Of a stretch of 64,000 nt of DNA, positions 38,788 to 50,499 are shown one piece after another. The stretch's first letter is position 1. Each line of letters opens with the position of its first letter. The DNA comes from Phyllobates terribilis (taxonomy: Eukaryota): positions 322,028,001-322,092,000 of the forward strand of contig NW_027362761.1 of NCBI RefSeq assembly GCF_046119375.1, in the 5' to 3' direction. Made by a program: the position numbers and the translations under genes. The notes beneath the pieces are model-generated. The model did not search any database, was not told the DNA's origin, and saw nothing but the letters and a program-made list of their open reading frames with translations.

Positions 38788-39847
38788 ATAGACAAGTCCA
38801 AGAATTACTCCCAGGCACATGTTTATTAGTAAATGTGGCACATGTGGGGATTTTTTACTAATTTGATCATCTTCTTTCTACCTTTTCTGACCAGTCATAT
38901 ATTTTGGGTCTTTTTTTAAAAAAAATAATAATTTTTGATACATAATACATGTCAGATGTATCTATTAGAAGAAACCGTACTAAAAAATATTAGTTAAAAA
39001 AAATAGTTCAAAATCATTATTGCTCTTGTTTGCAAAGTTTGTTAGTTTTATGTTTGTCAGATGGAAAAGATAACCCAAGGACTCATGAGGAAACTAGATA
39101 AAGATAATCAGAAATTGTACATAATTAATGTTTCTAAGATTATTCAGAGATTGTACCAAGAGCAAAGTATTTTCTGGCATCATAAAGACATTAAAACAGC
39201 ATTGCAATAGTTATGGTAAAGACCAGTCGTAGTTATAAAGTTAATGATAATGGGCGAAATCAGAGTTGGATAATCAGGTCCTGTGCCAAAAATAGGTTGT
39301 AAACCTATGACTGCTACTGCCCTTGTATAAATAATGGCCAGCCTGGAAAAGCATGAGTCATCCGCTGCTGTTTAAATGAAAAAAAAAAAAAGCTGCTAAA
39401 ACATTTAAAGGGTTTTTTTTAGTGATTTTGTTTAAAATGTGGCAATATCTATATTAAATAACAAAAAAAAAACATGACATTTTGTGGTTTTTACTCTGAT
39501 CACTGAGCTTTATAATAGACTGACACTTCGTTTTCTATAGAGATCACTTTTCAGATGTTGTTCTCTCGTATCAGTCACTGGGCATGTCCAGAAAATTCCT
39601 CCATAGCAGTCAATAAGCATCCCCATTTCACATGGTCCATAAAGTTGCTGAGACTAGGTCAATTTAGTGTTGAGTTTAGAAATGTACTAACATCAAAATA
39701 AAATGGTTACATATTAATTATTAGCCATGTATATATAATTCATATATTAAATGCATAGCTTGCTGTATATTTACTTTCACAGGAATTTTAAAAAGTTTGG
39801 AAATTTAATTATATACATAGCTTTGTTTTATCAATTTAATGCCTTAA

Positions 39848-42800
39848 CCACTTCGCGCCAGAGCCTGTTTTTGCCTTCGTGACCGGGCCAATTTTTTCAA
39901 TTCTGACCACTGTCACTTTATGAAGTAGTTACTCTGGAACGCTTCAACGGATCCCCCTGATCAGGAGAATGTTTTTTCGTGACATATTGTACTTCATGAT
40001 AGTGGTAAAATTTCTTCGATATCATTTGCGTTTATTTGTGAAAAAAAATCGGAAATTTGGCGAAAATTTTGCAATTTTCAAACTTTGAATTTTCATGCCC
40101 TTAAATCAGAGAGATATGTCACACAAAATAATTAATAAATAACATTTCCCACATGTCTACTTTACATCAGCACAATTTTGGAAACAAAATTTTTTTGTTA
40201 GGAAGCTATAAGGGTTAAAAGTTGACCAACGATTTCTCATTTTTCCAACAAAATTTACAAAAACATTTTTTTTAGGGACCACATCTTATTTGAAGTGACT
40301 TTGAGGGGCCTTTATGACAGAAAATACCCAAAAGTGACACCATTCTAAAAACTGCACCGCTCAAGGTGCTCAAAACCACATTCAAGAAGTTTATTAACCC
40401 TTCAGGTGTTTCAAGGGAATTTTTGGAATATGGAAAAATTAAATGAACATTTAACTTTTTTTCACAAAAATGTTACTTTAGACACAATTTTTTTTATTTT
40501 CACATAGGTAACAGGAAAAAATGGAATACACAATTTGTAGTGCAATTTCTCATGAGCGCGCTGATACCCCATATGTGAGGGAAAACCACTGTTTGGGCGC
40601 ACGGCACGGTTCAGAAGGGAAGGAGCGCCATTTGACTTTTTGAATGTAAAATTTGTTTGAATAATTAGCAGACGCCATGTTGCGTTTGGAGAGCTCCTGA
40701 TGTGCCTAAACAGTGGAAACCCCCCACAAGTGACACCATTTTGGAAACTAGACCCCTTAGGGAACTTATCTAGATGTGTGGTGAGCACCTTGCACCCCCA
40801 GGTGCTTCACAGAAGTTTATAATATTGAGCCGTAAAAATAAAATTTTCACATTTTTCCCACAAAAAAATTTTTTCATCCCTTAATTTTGCATTATCATAA
40901 GGGTAACAGGAGAAATTGCACCAAGAAATTTGTGGTGCAATTTCTCCTGAGTACGCCGATACCCCATATGTGGGGGAAAACCACTGCTTTGGTGTACGGC
41001 AGGGTTCGGAAGAGAAAGGAGCGCTATGTTGGCTGGGATAGGTTGCAGACACCATGTCACATTTGAAGAGTCGCTGACATGCCGAAACAGCAGAAACCCC
41101 CACATGTGACCCCATTTTGTAAACTACACCTCTCAAGGAATTCATCTAGGGAAGTAGTGAGTATTTTTTAATTTTTAAATTTATACCATTGGGCAGTGAA
41201 GAAAACAATTATATTTTTGCCACAAAAAAATGTTTTACCCTCAGATTTTACATTTTCACACAGGGCAATGGGTAAAAATGGTGCCGAAATGTGTCACACA
41301 ATTTCTTCTAAAAGTGGCAATACCCCATATGTGGCTGTATCGTACTGCTTAGCCATACGGCGAGATCGGGGAGGAACGGAGCGCTATTTGACAATTGGAG
41401 AACAAATTATTGCAGAATAGGCATTTGGATTTGGGAGCACAAAATTTTCTGAATTTCTTTTGGGGGGCAAGGGCCATTTCGCTTTTCCAGAGCCTTTCTG
41501 CTACCAGTAACTTGGAAGTCCCTTATATTTTTAACAGATGACGGACCTGAGTGGGGACTAGCTTTTTTTGAGGACTGAGTTGAAGCTTTTATTGGGAACA
41601 TTTTACGTAACTTTTATCCGGCGCTCTAGGCTGAGCACTTACATCGGGGTTTCCATCTAAATTTCCAAGTGATGTAATTCAGATGAAACCCCTGCGGGAT
41701 CCATTCACTGTAATGAGGCAGCAGAATTACTCTGGACTCCGTCTGGCCTCTGTTTAGCGGTGTCCTTTTTTTCCAGAAGTGCACAAAACTGTGGCCAACC
41801 GCACTTTTATGCACGCCTAAAAAAACTGACACCGTGGGATCACAGGCCAGATGGCATCCACAGTGGCCTATATCTGCCTCATTACAGGGAATCTTCCGCC
41901 ATGGGTTCCGTCTGAATCACGTATTTCAGAGATTTACACGGAAACTCTGGTGTAAGTGCTCAGCGCAGAGCGCAGGATAAATGTGAGCAGAGCCTTACTG
42001 CGATCTTTGGGAGACATAATAAATCAGTAGCAGGTGAAGAATTGGTTTTATTTATTTTTTACGCGGTTCCTCGTGCGGTAAAAGTGATGAGATTACTTTA
42101 TTCTTCGGGTCAGTACGTTTACAGCGATACTACACTTACTGTATATTTTTTTTATGTTTTGCCGCTTTTACACAATAAAACAATTTTATAGAAAAAATAT
42201 TTTTTGTATCGCTTTATTCTGAGAGCTATAACTTTTTTATTTTTCGGCTGATGGAGCTGTATGGCGGCTTTTTTTTTGCGGAACAAGATGACGTTTTCAG
42301 GGGTACCATTTTTATTTCCATTTTGCTTTTTGATCGCATTTTTTTCCACTTTTTGTTTGGCGATATGATGAAAAAGCATAGTTTTTTGCTCCGTTTTTTA
42401 TTACGGTGTGCACAGAAAGTTAATTAGTGTGACAGTTTTATAGATTGGGTTGTTTCGGACGCGGCGATACCAAATGTGTGTATTTTTTTTGTTTTTGCAT
42501 AAATATACGGATTTATTGGTTTAATATTTTAAATTTATTTATTTTGTGATTTTTTTTTTTGAACAGTTTGAAAAAAATTTTTTGACTTTTTTTTTTACAT
42601 TTTTACTTAGTCCCTGTATGGGACATTAATTTTCATTTTTCTTATCACTGTTCTCATGCAATGCAATAGACATGTATTGCATTGCATGAGAGCTTTGCTG
42701 ACTGTTTCACAGTCAGTGTCTCCTGCTAGAGTTCAGCTGGAGGCTGAGCCTAGCAGGACACCATATAGGGCAGATCCGGAGGTGGTCATGTGACCTCCGA

Positions 42801-43132
42801 CTGCCATAACAACAGCAGGTCCTGGAAGACATCAGGGGGCCGTCGGAGAGGTAAGTGGACGACCCCCTCTCCTCTCACTATCTTCTAAATGCCGCGATCA
42901 CTATAGATCGCAACATATAGAAGATAGCAAAGGGTTAACATCATTGGGACCTGATCCAATCAGGTTCCGATGATGTCCCCTGTCAGAGCTGTCGCTCTGC
43001 ACCTCACCCGCAGCACTTGCAGGATCCTGGGGGTCCTGAGGGCTGCGGGACCACCAACCGTTCATAAACGTCGGCGCTGCACAGAGCCCAGGCAGCGCCG
43101 ACGTTTATGTATAGTGGGCGGTCGGGAAGCGG
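39848..43132 (+). mobile_element. Non-autonomous piggyBac-like element (3.3 kb)
   Basis: TTAA-CCACTTC...GAAGCGG-TTAA. Internal repeats CCCCACAAGTGACCCCATTTTGGAAAC. The left 1.2 kb is homologous to the 56293 element, and the right end recurs inverted at 63867. Confidence 0.85.
41611..41994. mobile_element. Palindromic MITE nested in the piggyBac-like element
   Basis: Arms TTTATCCGGCGCTCTAGGCTGAGCACTTACA / TGTAAGTGCTCAGCGCAGAGCGCAGGATAAA. The left terminus is truncated. Confidence 0.7.
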
Positions 43133-43176
43133 TTAAATCAACATTTCACTCCACTAAATTTGCTAGAACTCATTAA

Positions 43177-43530
43177 ATTGGGGTTGTAAGGTCCAAACCA
43201 ATGAGTCTGCAGTCACTTTGTATAACTGCAGACTTATGAATTCCCCTATATTCCCGTATGAACTGTGCGCTGTGAGGATTCGCATGTACAAGTTATACAT
43301 ACTCCCAGCCAGTGGGCGTGGCCAACTAGAGGGTGTGGCCTCACTTAATATAAGTGTATGGAGCAAGGCTGCGCCCACTAGTTGGGCTCTGGCTATAACT
43401 CATACATACCCTCCAGTCCCAACTCAGAAACCGGCAAATCCCCGCAGGGCACATCGCGTGTGCTGGGGGGGATTCAGAAGTCTGCAGTCTGTGTGACTGC
43501 AGATTTATTGGTTTGGACCGGACAACAACT
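43177..43530. mobile_element. T2/Kolobok-like MITE
   Basis: TTAA flanks. Same family as 47753-48101. Confidence 0.75.
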
Positions 43531-44430
43531 TTAATAAAAATAAGAGAATTCTGAATGAGTTGGAATCAGAGGGTGAGAAAATATTGAAAATAAAAACAAT
43601 TTAAAAAGATACTGATCAGTAACTGGTCTTAAGGGGAATTATTAATTACAGAGCAGCATTTGTCATATAATGTGGATTTCTAGAACCCCAAATTGTTAAA
43701 CAAAGTTCCTAGCAGAACAGTGAAAACAACTTTTTACTATCATAGCACCACATAATATAATTAGCTAGACTACTTCAGAAAGGCATGTGCTAAGTGCGAA
43801 CAAGTCCCATCCAATATCAAGTTCATAGAGGCCTGATTGAAATGTCTGTTGTCCCCTCACAGCACCCTTAATCCTGCAAAAAAGCAGTTACACGCATGTC
43901 TTCGAGCGTGTAAAGTGAACTTCTGCCTTCATTACGAGCCACTACCTTGCCAGCTTAGCACTATAACAGCAGCGCAGCGGGCCTGGAAGCGCTCAGCTGG
44001 TTACACTTCTGGGGCATGAAGTTCACTGTGCATGCCCAAAGTCATGGCTGAAACTGTGGGTGTAAGGGATTTAGGGCGTAGGTGAGGAGGCAGAGAGGAC
44101 ACTGCAGACATGTCAATCACCCCTGAGTGTCATTGGCTGGTTGGACTGGTCCACATTTCATGCAGGCCTTTTGGACTAGTCCAGTTAATTATAATATGTG
44201 TCACCACAATATTAAAGAGCTGATGATTTTACTGAGAACTTTGCCTAAATATTTGGGTTTCTAGCAATCAATGATAAATGACAAATGTGGGACTGTAATT
44301 ACAATAGTTGAAGGGAGTAAATCCTGCTGTCAGGTTTAATTTAATTAGTGAAAAAAGCAACACATGAAACAAAATATGTTGGAACACCTCGACATTGCTA
44401 TATTACTTATGAAGATACAAGCAATGGAAT

Positions 44431-44778
44431 CAGTTCTGTGGAGTTGGAGTTGTGGAGTCATAGTCTGTGTCCATTTTGGTGGAGTCGGAGTCTGAGTCGG
44501 TATAAAATGGAGCGATCCAACTCCTAAATTATATAATAAATTGGGTACAGTAGTTCAATGCAGTATGTGCTGAATATTTTTTCATAAAAATGTGAAGTTG
44601 TATTCCAATAAATATATTTTATGTTCTATCTAAATAGCTTGATTATTGTATCATAATGGTGATGAAAAGCCTGATGCTACCATTTTACTACAGTAAATTT
44701 ACCACTTAAACATGAGCCATGTATGAGGGAGTCAGAGTCAGGGAAATTGAGGTTTGGCTTACCAGCTCCACAACTCTG
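44431..44778. mobile_element. hAT-like MITE, diverged
   Basis: CAGTTCTGTGGAG...CTCCACAACTCTG. Partial TSD AATGGAAT/AATGGCAC. Family-shared internal sequence. Confidence 0.7.
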
Positions 44779-45825
44779 AATGGCACAAACGGTTAATTCT
44801 GGTTGCAGGATGAAGGACAGGTCACTTAATAAGGTTAACGTTACACAAGTGTATATATTTAATCCAGAAAACAATCAGAAGATTTGTCTTATGTATGCTG
44901 TGTGTCCATATTTTTACATCCGTACGGCATTTGTCCAAATACAGTTTCCTACGTTAATAATTGAGGTGCATCTGCAAAAATCATATACTATATACATGGA
45001 TCCATATGACATCTGATTTTTTTTTTTAGCACCTATAGACTTAAATAGGCAACTCTCATCTGAAATGCGAGAGCTAACAGAATATACTGCAATTTTTTTC
45101 ACATGCACATTTGATCAATGTGAAAAATAAAGTAATCTGAACAGTCCTAATAAATAACATTGGTCTGAATGCTGTCCGTGTGAAATCAGTTATTTTCATG
45201 GATAGCACTCTGACCAAAAATACAGTGGGGTGAATGTACTCTAATTTGAAGAACTTGGACCGAGAGTTCTCACCTTTAAATTTAGTAGGCAATACACACA
45301 ACATTTATTAATAAAGAGGTTTGGTCATCTGTGAGTTCTCCATTTTCTACTTGTGTGGGCACCTAGATTCTCACAGTAATTGCATCTTTTCTGCAATTTT
45401 CTATGCTATAGCTGTTGCTTTTAGAGGTTTCTTGATGTTCACCTCCTTTGAGCCTGCTCTGTTCCAGCGTGTTTGCAAGAAGAATTTCTTTGCTCTCTGA
45501 TTCAGATGGCTTTGAAGAGGGTTTGAAAAAAGAAAGGTTTCGCTTTTGCTTTACAAACACTTAGGCAGCCCTCGAGACCTTGTGGCACTTCATGTTCAAC
45601 GTCAAGACTTATATCAATGCCTATACTTACTCAGGAGACTCCTGCTATATTACTCAACAACTTTTTCCAGGGATTCTTAAGACATAAATGGGTTAAATGC
45701 AGCTAAATAGTGTTATTATACAACCCAATGTACTGGCAGAGACAAAATAGTAGAATATAAACATTCAGCAGGCTTCAGAAATGCTTAGCTGCAAAGATTA
45801 TATAGGTATAGCCAAAAGGTATTAA

Positions 45826-46531
45826 AGGGAATCTGTCACCCCCTGGTACTTTTCAGACCACTAATATGGGCATACAGATGACAGAAATGTGAATCTATAC
45901 CTACCTGTATCGGCCATAATAGCGGTCTGGCTGGTTGCTGTGTAATAGCAGAAATTAATAAAAAAAACTAAGCTTCGCATCCCCCGGACGCCAAGAAATC
46001 CCCGCCTACTAGCCCTATTTCCATACTCACCCCACCTCCCCTGCACATCACAGGGCCCTGTGATGTGCAGTTCCCGCGCCTGCGCAGTTTCCTCTGTTCG
46101 GACGGCACTCTTCTCCCTGCCGTCAGTGTAGTGTTTTGCAGCAGGGAACTTGTGCGCAGGCGCTGGGAAGGCAGAGTGACTCACCGGCGCCTGCACACAA
46201 GTTCCCTGCTGCACGACACTACACTGATGGAAGGAAGAAGAGCGCCGTCCGTACAGATGAAACAGCGCAGGCGAGGGATCTTCCCAGGAACTGCACGTCA
46301 CAGGGTCCTGTGATGTGCAGGGGAGGTGGGGTGAGTATGGAAATAGGGCTAGTAGGCGGGCATTTCTTGGCATCCGGGGGACGCGAAGCTTAGCAGAAAT
46401 AATTTAATAAAAAAGCTATTACACAGCAACCAGACTGCTAATATGGGCCATACAGGTATGTATAGATTCACATTTCTATCACCTGTATGCCCATATTAGA
46501 GGTCTGAGAAGTCCCAGGAGGTGACAGATTC
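45826..46531. mobile_element. T2/Kolobok-like element forming a hairpin of about 700 bp
   Basis: TTAA-AGGGAATCTGTCACC...GGTGACAGATTC, with the right tip lost. The arms match throughout. A fragment of the same family lies at about 15270-15415. Confidence 0.85.
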
Positions 46532-47199
46532 ATGCAGCAGTGGCTGCAATCACGTAGGAATAAGTGACATGAACATATAACTGCTTAGAGAGGTTATAAT
46601 TTACATTTTCTTGTAGGAAGAGAACGCTAGGGCACTTAATATGCCTTTCATCTTCCTGGTGTATTAGAGATGTGCTATTATGACATGTTTGACTTTACAG
46701 CAATCCTTCCATACCCAACAGGCCATAGAGTAATGGTATACCAAGTGCATTAGTGGGCGAAGCTGAGTTATATTATAACAAAGTAGCTGGCAAAAGCTTC
46801 AAGACATGTGAGCTGCACAAACAAAACCCTGTAATTTACTTGGGTTTCACAATCTCCGCTAATGTGGGTTTTTGGTGCAGACTGCGCAATGCAATTGTAT
46901 TTTCTCCTGGATATCTTCTTGCATTACACACTCTGAATTTGTGGCACGTCATCAATGTTCTAGTGTACAGGAGGCCGAGTAAGCTATTGCCTCACCTGAC
47001 TATGATAGATACAAAAAACACTTTAAGGTTAAGTGCACATGATGCCTTTGAGACGCTGATGTACGCTTCAAGTTTTTCCAAGGTATAGCAGCTTTAGGAA
47101 AGAGCCACCTGTCTTTTTCTCCTGAAGCGGCTTCACTGGTGGTTCTGCCAAAGTTTTTGCAGATGCACAGCAGTCATCCTCTTATATCTATGATTTTAA

Positions 47200-47673
47200 A
47201 GGGAAATCATAAGCCATCTACATGGGCATGCAGGTTATAGAAAGTTTAACAAAATGATATCTTGGTATCTGCAATCCAATGTTTTATTCCAGAGAAGTCC
47301 ATGATTTTCAGGATAAGTAAATGAGCTGTTAAGATCTATGGGCCGGACACAGATCTCCCTGAGAATCTGCCTCCAGAGATTATTTTAAATTAAAGGAACA
47401 TAACCAGTGTGAGACATGTAGATCAGGAAAAAACTGACAGCCATAATGTCTCACAGTAGTAACACCCCCTTTCATGTAAAACAAGCTCTGGAGGCAGGAG
47501 AGCTGTGTCCGGCCCATCGATCTTAACAGCTCATTTATGTATTTAGAAAAATATGATTTCTCTGGAATAAGACATTGGATCGCAGATTTCAAAGTGTTAT
47601 TTTATTCAGCTTTCTATGACCTACATGCCCATATACATGGCTTAGGAGGATCGATCCAACTGACAGATTCCCT
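47200..47673. mobile_element. T2/Kolobok-like MITE
   Basis: TTAA-AGGGAA...GACAGATTCCCT-TTAA with internal inverted arms. Confidence 0.8.
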
Positions 47674-47752
47674 TTAACTATAACTAGCAGAAGCCACTCA
47701 AAGGATGAATATGTTACTTCTTTTAACCGTGTCACAGTTTCTGAAGCCTTAA

Positions 47753-48101
47753 AGGGGTTGTCCAGTCCAAACCGACAAGTCTGAAGTCACTCTGTGGGAC
47801 CGCAAACTTATGAATCCCCCCAGAAGCACGCACTGTGCGCTGCAGGTATTCACTGGTTTCAGACCGGAGAACAGAGGGTTTGTATGAGTTCTACATACCC
47901 CCCGGCCAGTGGGCGCAGCCTCGCTCCATACCCTTGTATTATATATAGAGAGCGAGACTGCACCCACGGGCCGGGAGTATGTATAACTCATACATACCCT
48001 CCGTTCCCAGGTCTGAAACCGGCGAATCCTCGCAGTGCACAGGGCGTGCGTGGGGGGATTCATAAGACTGCAGTCTCACCGGTTTGGACCGAACAACCCC
48101 T
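47753..48101. mobile_element. T2/Kolobok-like MITE
   Basis: TTAA-AGGGGTTGTCCAGTCCAAACCG...CGGTTTGGACCGAACAACCCCT-TTAA. Confidence 0.88.
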
Positions 48102-48303
48102 TTAAGTGTTTGAAAGAAGTGAAAGAGCATGCAGGTTAGTAAGCTTCATACATTTAAAACGATTCACTTTTTTTTATATATTATTCCACAGATTACCGCT
48201 TTAGCTTATAATAACCAAAAGGGAGAAGAAACCCTGGGTGCATTAAGCAATTTGTGACAGTTTTTGGGCAAAAAAAGGTCAGAAATTTTGCCAAACATGC
48301 AAA

Positions 48304-48809
48304 TGTAAAGGACATATTGATATTCATGCTATAGCAACTCCATTTTGTCTGCTTGTTTCAAAATCATGTTATTATCACTCCTTGCATAACATACTTCTTG
48401 CCTTCTTTTCTCATGCTTTACATGGAACTTTCTCACACTAACTTTTTCTCACAAGAAGATTTTGTCAGACACCCTGCTCCTGTTATCTGACTAGTCTAGG
48501 CCAGGATTGACCTTGCAAAATTTCCATCGTGCATCGAGCTAAAGATGATAATATGGCCATATATGTGTTTCCGTAATAATTGCACTAACGTTGGCTCAAG
48601 CCTGTAGTACTGTAGTATGGCTGTAAGTGATTGGACATTAATAAACTCAAAACAATATAAAATGGTAAGTAGAAATAAACAGGGTTAGAGATTCTTTGAA
48701 TCCTCCCATACAGAGCACTGCCTCCGTTTGGTTTTCTGTGGATTGCAATCAACATAATAATTTGACACTCACTTGGTCAACCGTGAAGGGTTATTGCCCT
48801 CCCTCAACA
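48304..48809 (+). repeat. 5' LTR (506 bp)
   Basis: TGTAAAGG...CCCTCAACA. Matches 54393-54699 + 56266-56292 + 59787-59951. ATTGG at about 48630, TATAAAA at 48656-62, AATAAA at 48674-79. Confidence 0.95.
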
Positions 48810-48812
48810 GCT

Positions 48813-48830
48813 TGGAGCCGTGACTCGGAT
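48813..48830 (+). promoter_or_regulatory. Primer-binding site complementary to tRNA-His
   Basis: TGGAGCCGTGACTCGGAT matches 17 of 18 positions of the complement of the vertebrate tRNA-His 3' end (ATCCGAGTCACGGCACCA). It lies 3 nt after the LTR. Confidence 0.9.
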
Positions 48831-48932
48831 CCCTAACCAGGGACGTCCTACCACCTCTGGACGTCCACAAAGAGAGACTTTCTTTCAGCCTCCCCCACTG
48901 GAATTGGGACTGATCATCCCCCACAAAAAGCC

Positions 48933-48941
48933 ACGGTAAGT
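48933..48941 (+). promoter_or_regulatory. Putative major splice donor of the ERV leader
   Basis: ACG|GTAAGT about 105 nt downstream of the PBS. Confidence 0.6.
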
Positions 48942-49425
48942 GCACGAGTTCTTTACTAGTGATACTGACCGTTTGGCGTGGTTTCCACGTGGTGCGTGGT
49001 TGTTTTCAGTATCTCCGGATGTCTTGGTTGGATATAGTCAAAGGTGAGACTATAAGGGGTGTAGTCCCATTAGGGGTCTGATATTGATAACTTTCAAAGC
49101 AGTATCACCTCGGATTGACAAGTGCATATTATGTGAATCTTCCTTAACTTCTGACAAAGATCCTTAGGAGACTGAACACTGTTAGGTTCAGTCACGGCAG
49201 GTGATCGAAGATTGGGTAGGACACGCACACAGATATACACATATATCTATTGTCCGGAGAGCTGCGGACGAGAGTTCTCCTCCTTTCATCTGGGCGTTCG
49301 AGACTCCCCCCAACTGGAGGGGGTGAAATAAAGTCAGTGGAACAGCTGGGAGGTCCTGCCGAACTCGTGCTGTGCACAAAATTAAGGATCTTTGTTGGTT
49401 GAGAGGTGGCAGTAGTGATTAATCA

Positions 49426-49740
49426 ATGTTTCCGTGGAGCAGAAAGAAATTGTCTCCCCTACACGAGGGAGAGGATGTGATGAATATCATGATCGGTCGA
49501 GAAGGGAAAAGATCATTTAAGAATGCACCAAAAGTGTTTAAGGTGTTAAATTTTCCTGTGGGAGGGAGACTTCAGCCTGTGTTGTGGGACGAAGGTATCC
49601 GGCAGAAAAGGGGTAGATTAGTTGACTGTGGATTGCTGGAAGACGCTGAAAAGTTTAGGAAAGTTGCACATGAGATTTGTGATGAAGGGTATGTTGAAAT
49701 AGAAGGAAGGAAATATGTAGCGAAAACTAAAAAAGAGTAA
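49426..49740 (+). CDS. 104-aa ORF upstream of gag; accessory or matrix-like protein
   Basis: Intact ATG-to-stop ORF inside the provirus. Basic, with an FPxGGRL motif. No function recognised. Confidence 0.4.
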   Translation: MFPWSRKKLSPLHEGEDVMNIMIGREGKRSFKNAPKVFKVLNFPVGGRLQPVLWDEGIRQKRGRLVDCGLLEDAEKFRKVAHEICDEGYVEIEGRKYVAKTKKE

Positions 49741-49793
49741 TGTCATTGTGTGGGTCGTACCCGGGTGGGTAGATTACAGTACGAGATAGATAA

Positions 49794-50415
49794 ATGGCTT
49801 GTTGGAAAGTGCATACATGTGAAAAAAAGGCTGCGCTGAGTTTGTTGAAAGAAGGGAAAAAGTATGTGCAGAAACTTAAACAGTTAACTAAAATACGCGA
49901 GCTACCAGATAAGGGCCGGTTAATTATGAAGAAAAAGGGCAAGTTAGAGGATAAAGGATTGTTACAAATAGCTTTGGCTTGGTATAGAAGAGCAGAGAAT
50001 TTGTCAAAGAAGGGTGGATGGAGGAAGAAAATACAGCCAATAAGGGAAAGATGCCATGTTATGTGTATTACAAAGATACTGCTCTCCAGCCACCGCCCGA
50101 TAATGGCAGATGGGGGGGGGGGGAATGGACCTGTACTAATTGCAGTCAGCAGAATATTGTGTTGCATGTCACGTGCCCCGTCCAGGAGGCGCACCCCTTG
50201 CTACTACCCAAGCCACTCCTAGTGCCCCATCCTCATCTGTTATACCTATGTCCGCCCAATGTTCCAACCCTTCCTGCAGCCATGTTGCTACACCCATTGC
50301 ATCACCTCCAGCCTCTGACCACGTGTCTCTTTGGTGGCGGCTATGTTGGCGCACCCTTCCTGTAGTGTGTTTCCTTCTGGTGGAAGCCAACTTGGCACAC
50401 CCGGAATGTGTATGA
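49794..50415 (+). pseudogene. gag: gag N-terminal remnant: basic matrix-like region, RanBP2-type zinc finger and PSAP late-domain motif; capsid and nucleocapsid deleted
   Basis: Frameshifted reading ...LPDKGRL...IALAWYRRAE...GEWTCTNCSQQN//CVACHVPRP...TPSAP (PSAP at 50218-29). No capsid MHR or CCHC knuckle was seen before pol resumes. Confidence 0.55.
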
Positions 50416-50499
50416 TGAAGATCATCATGTCAGTATGTTATACAAACGGTGGGACCAAAATATGATCCCCTGGATGTACCCAGGTCACAACACCTGCTT

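Noticed and set aside
45861-46393. 170-aa and overlapping ORFs
   Set aside because: Products of a GC-rich hairpin element, with mirrored peptides on opposite strands.
49727-50194. 155-aa antisense ORF over gag
   Set aside because: Its composition mirrors the purine-rich sense strand. There is no motif or independent support.
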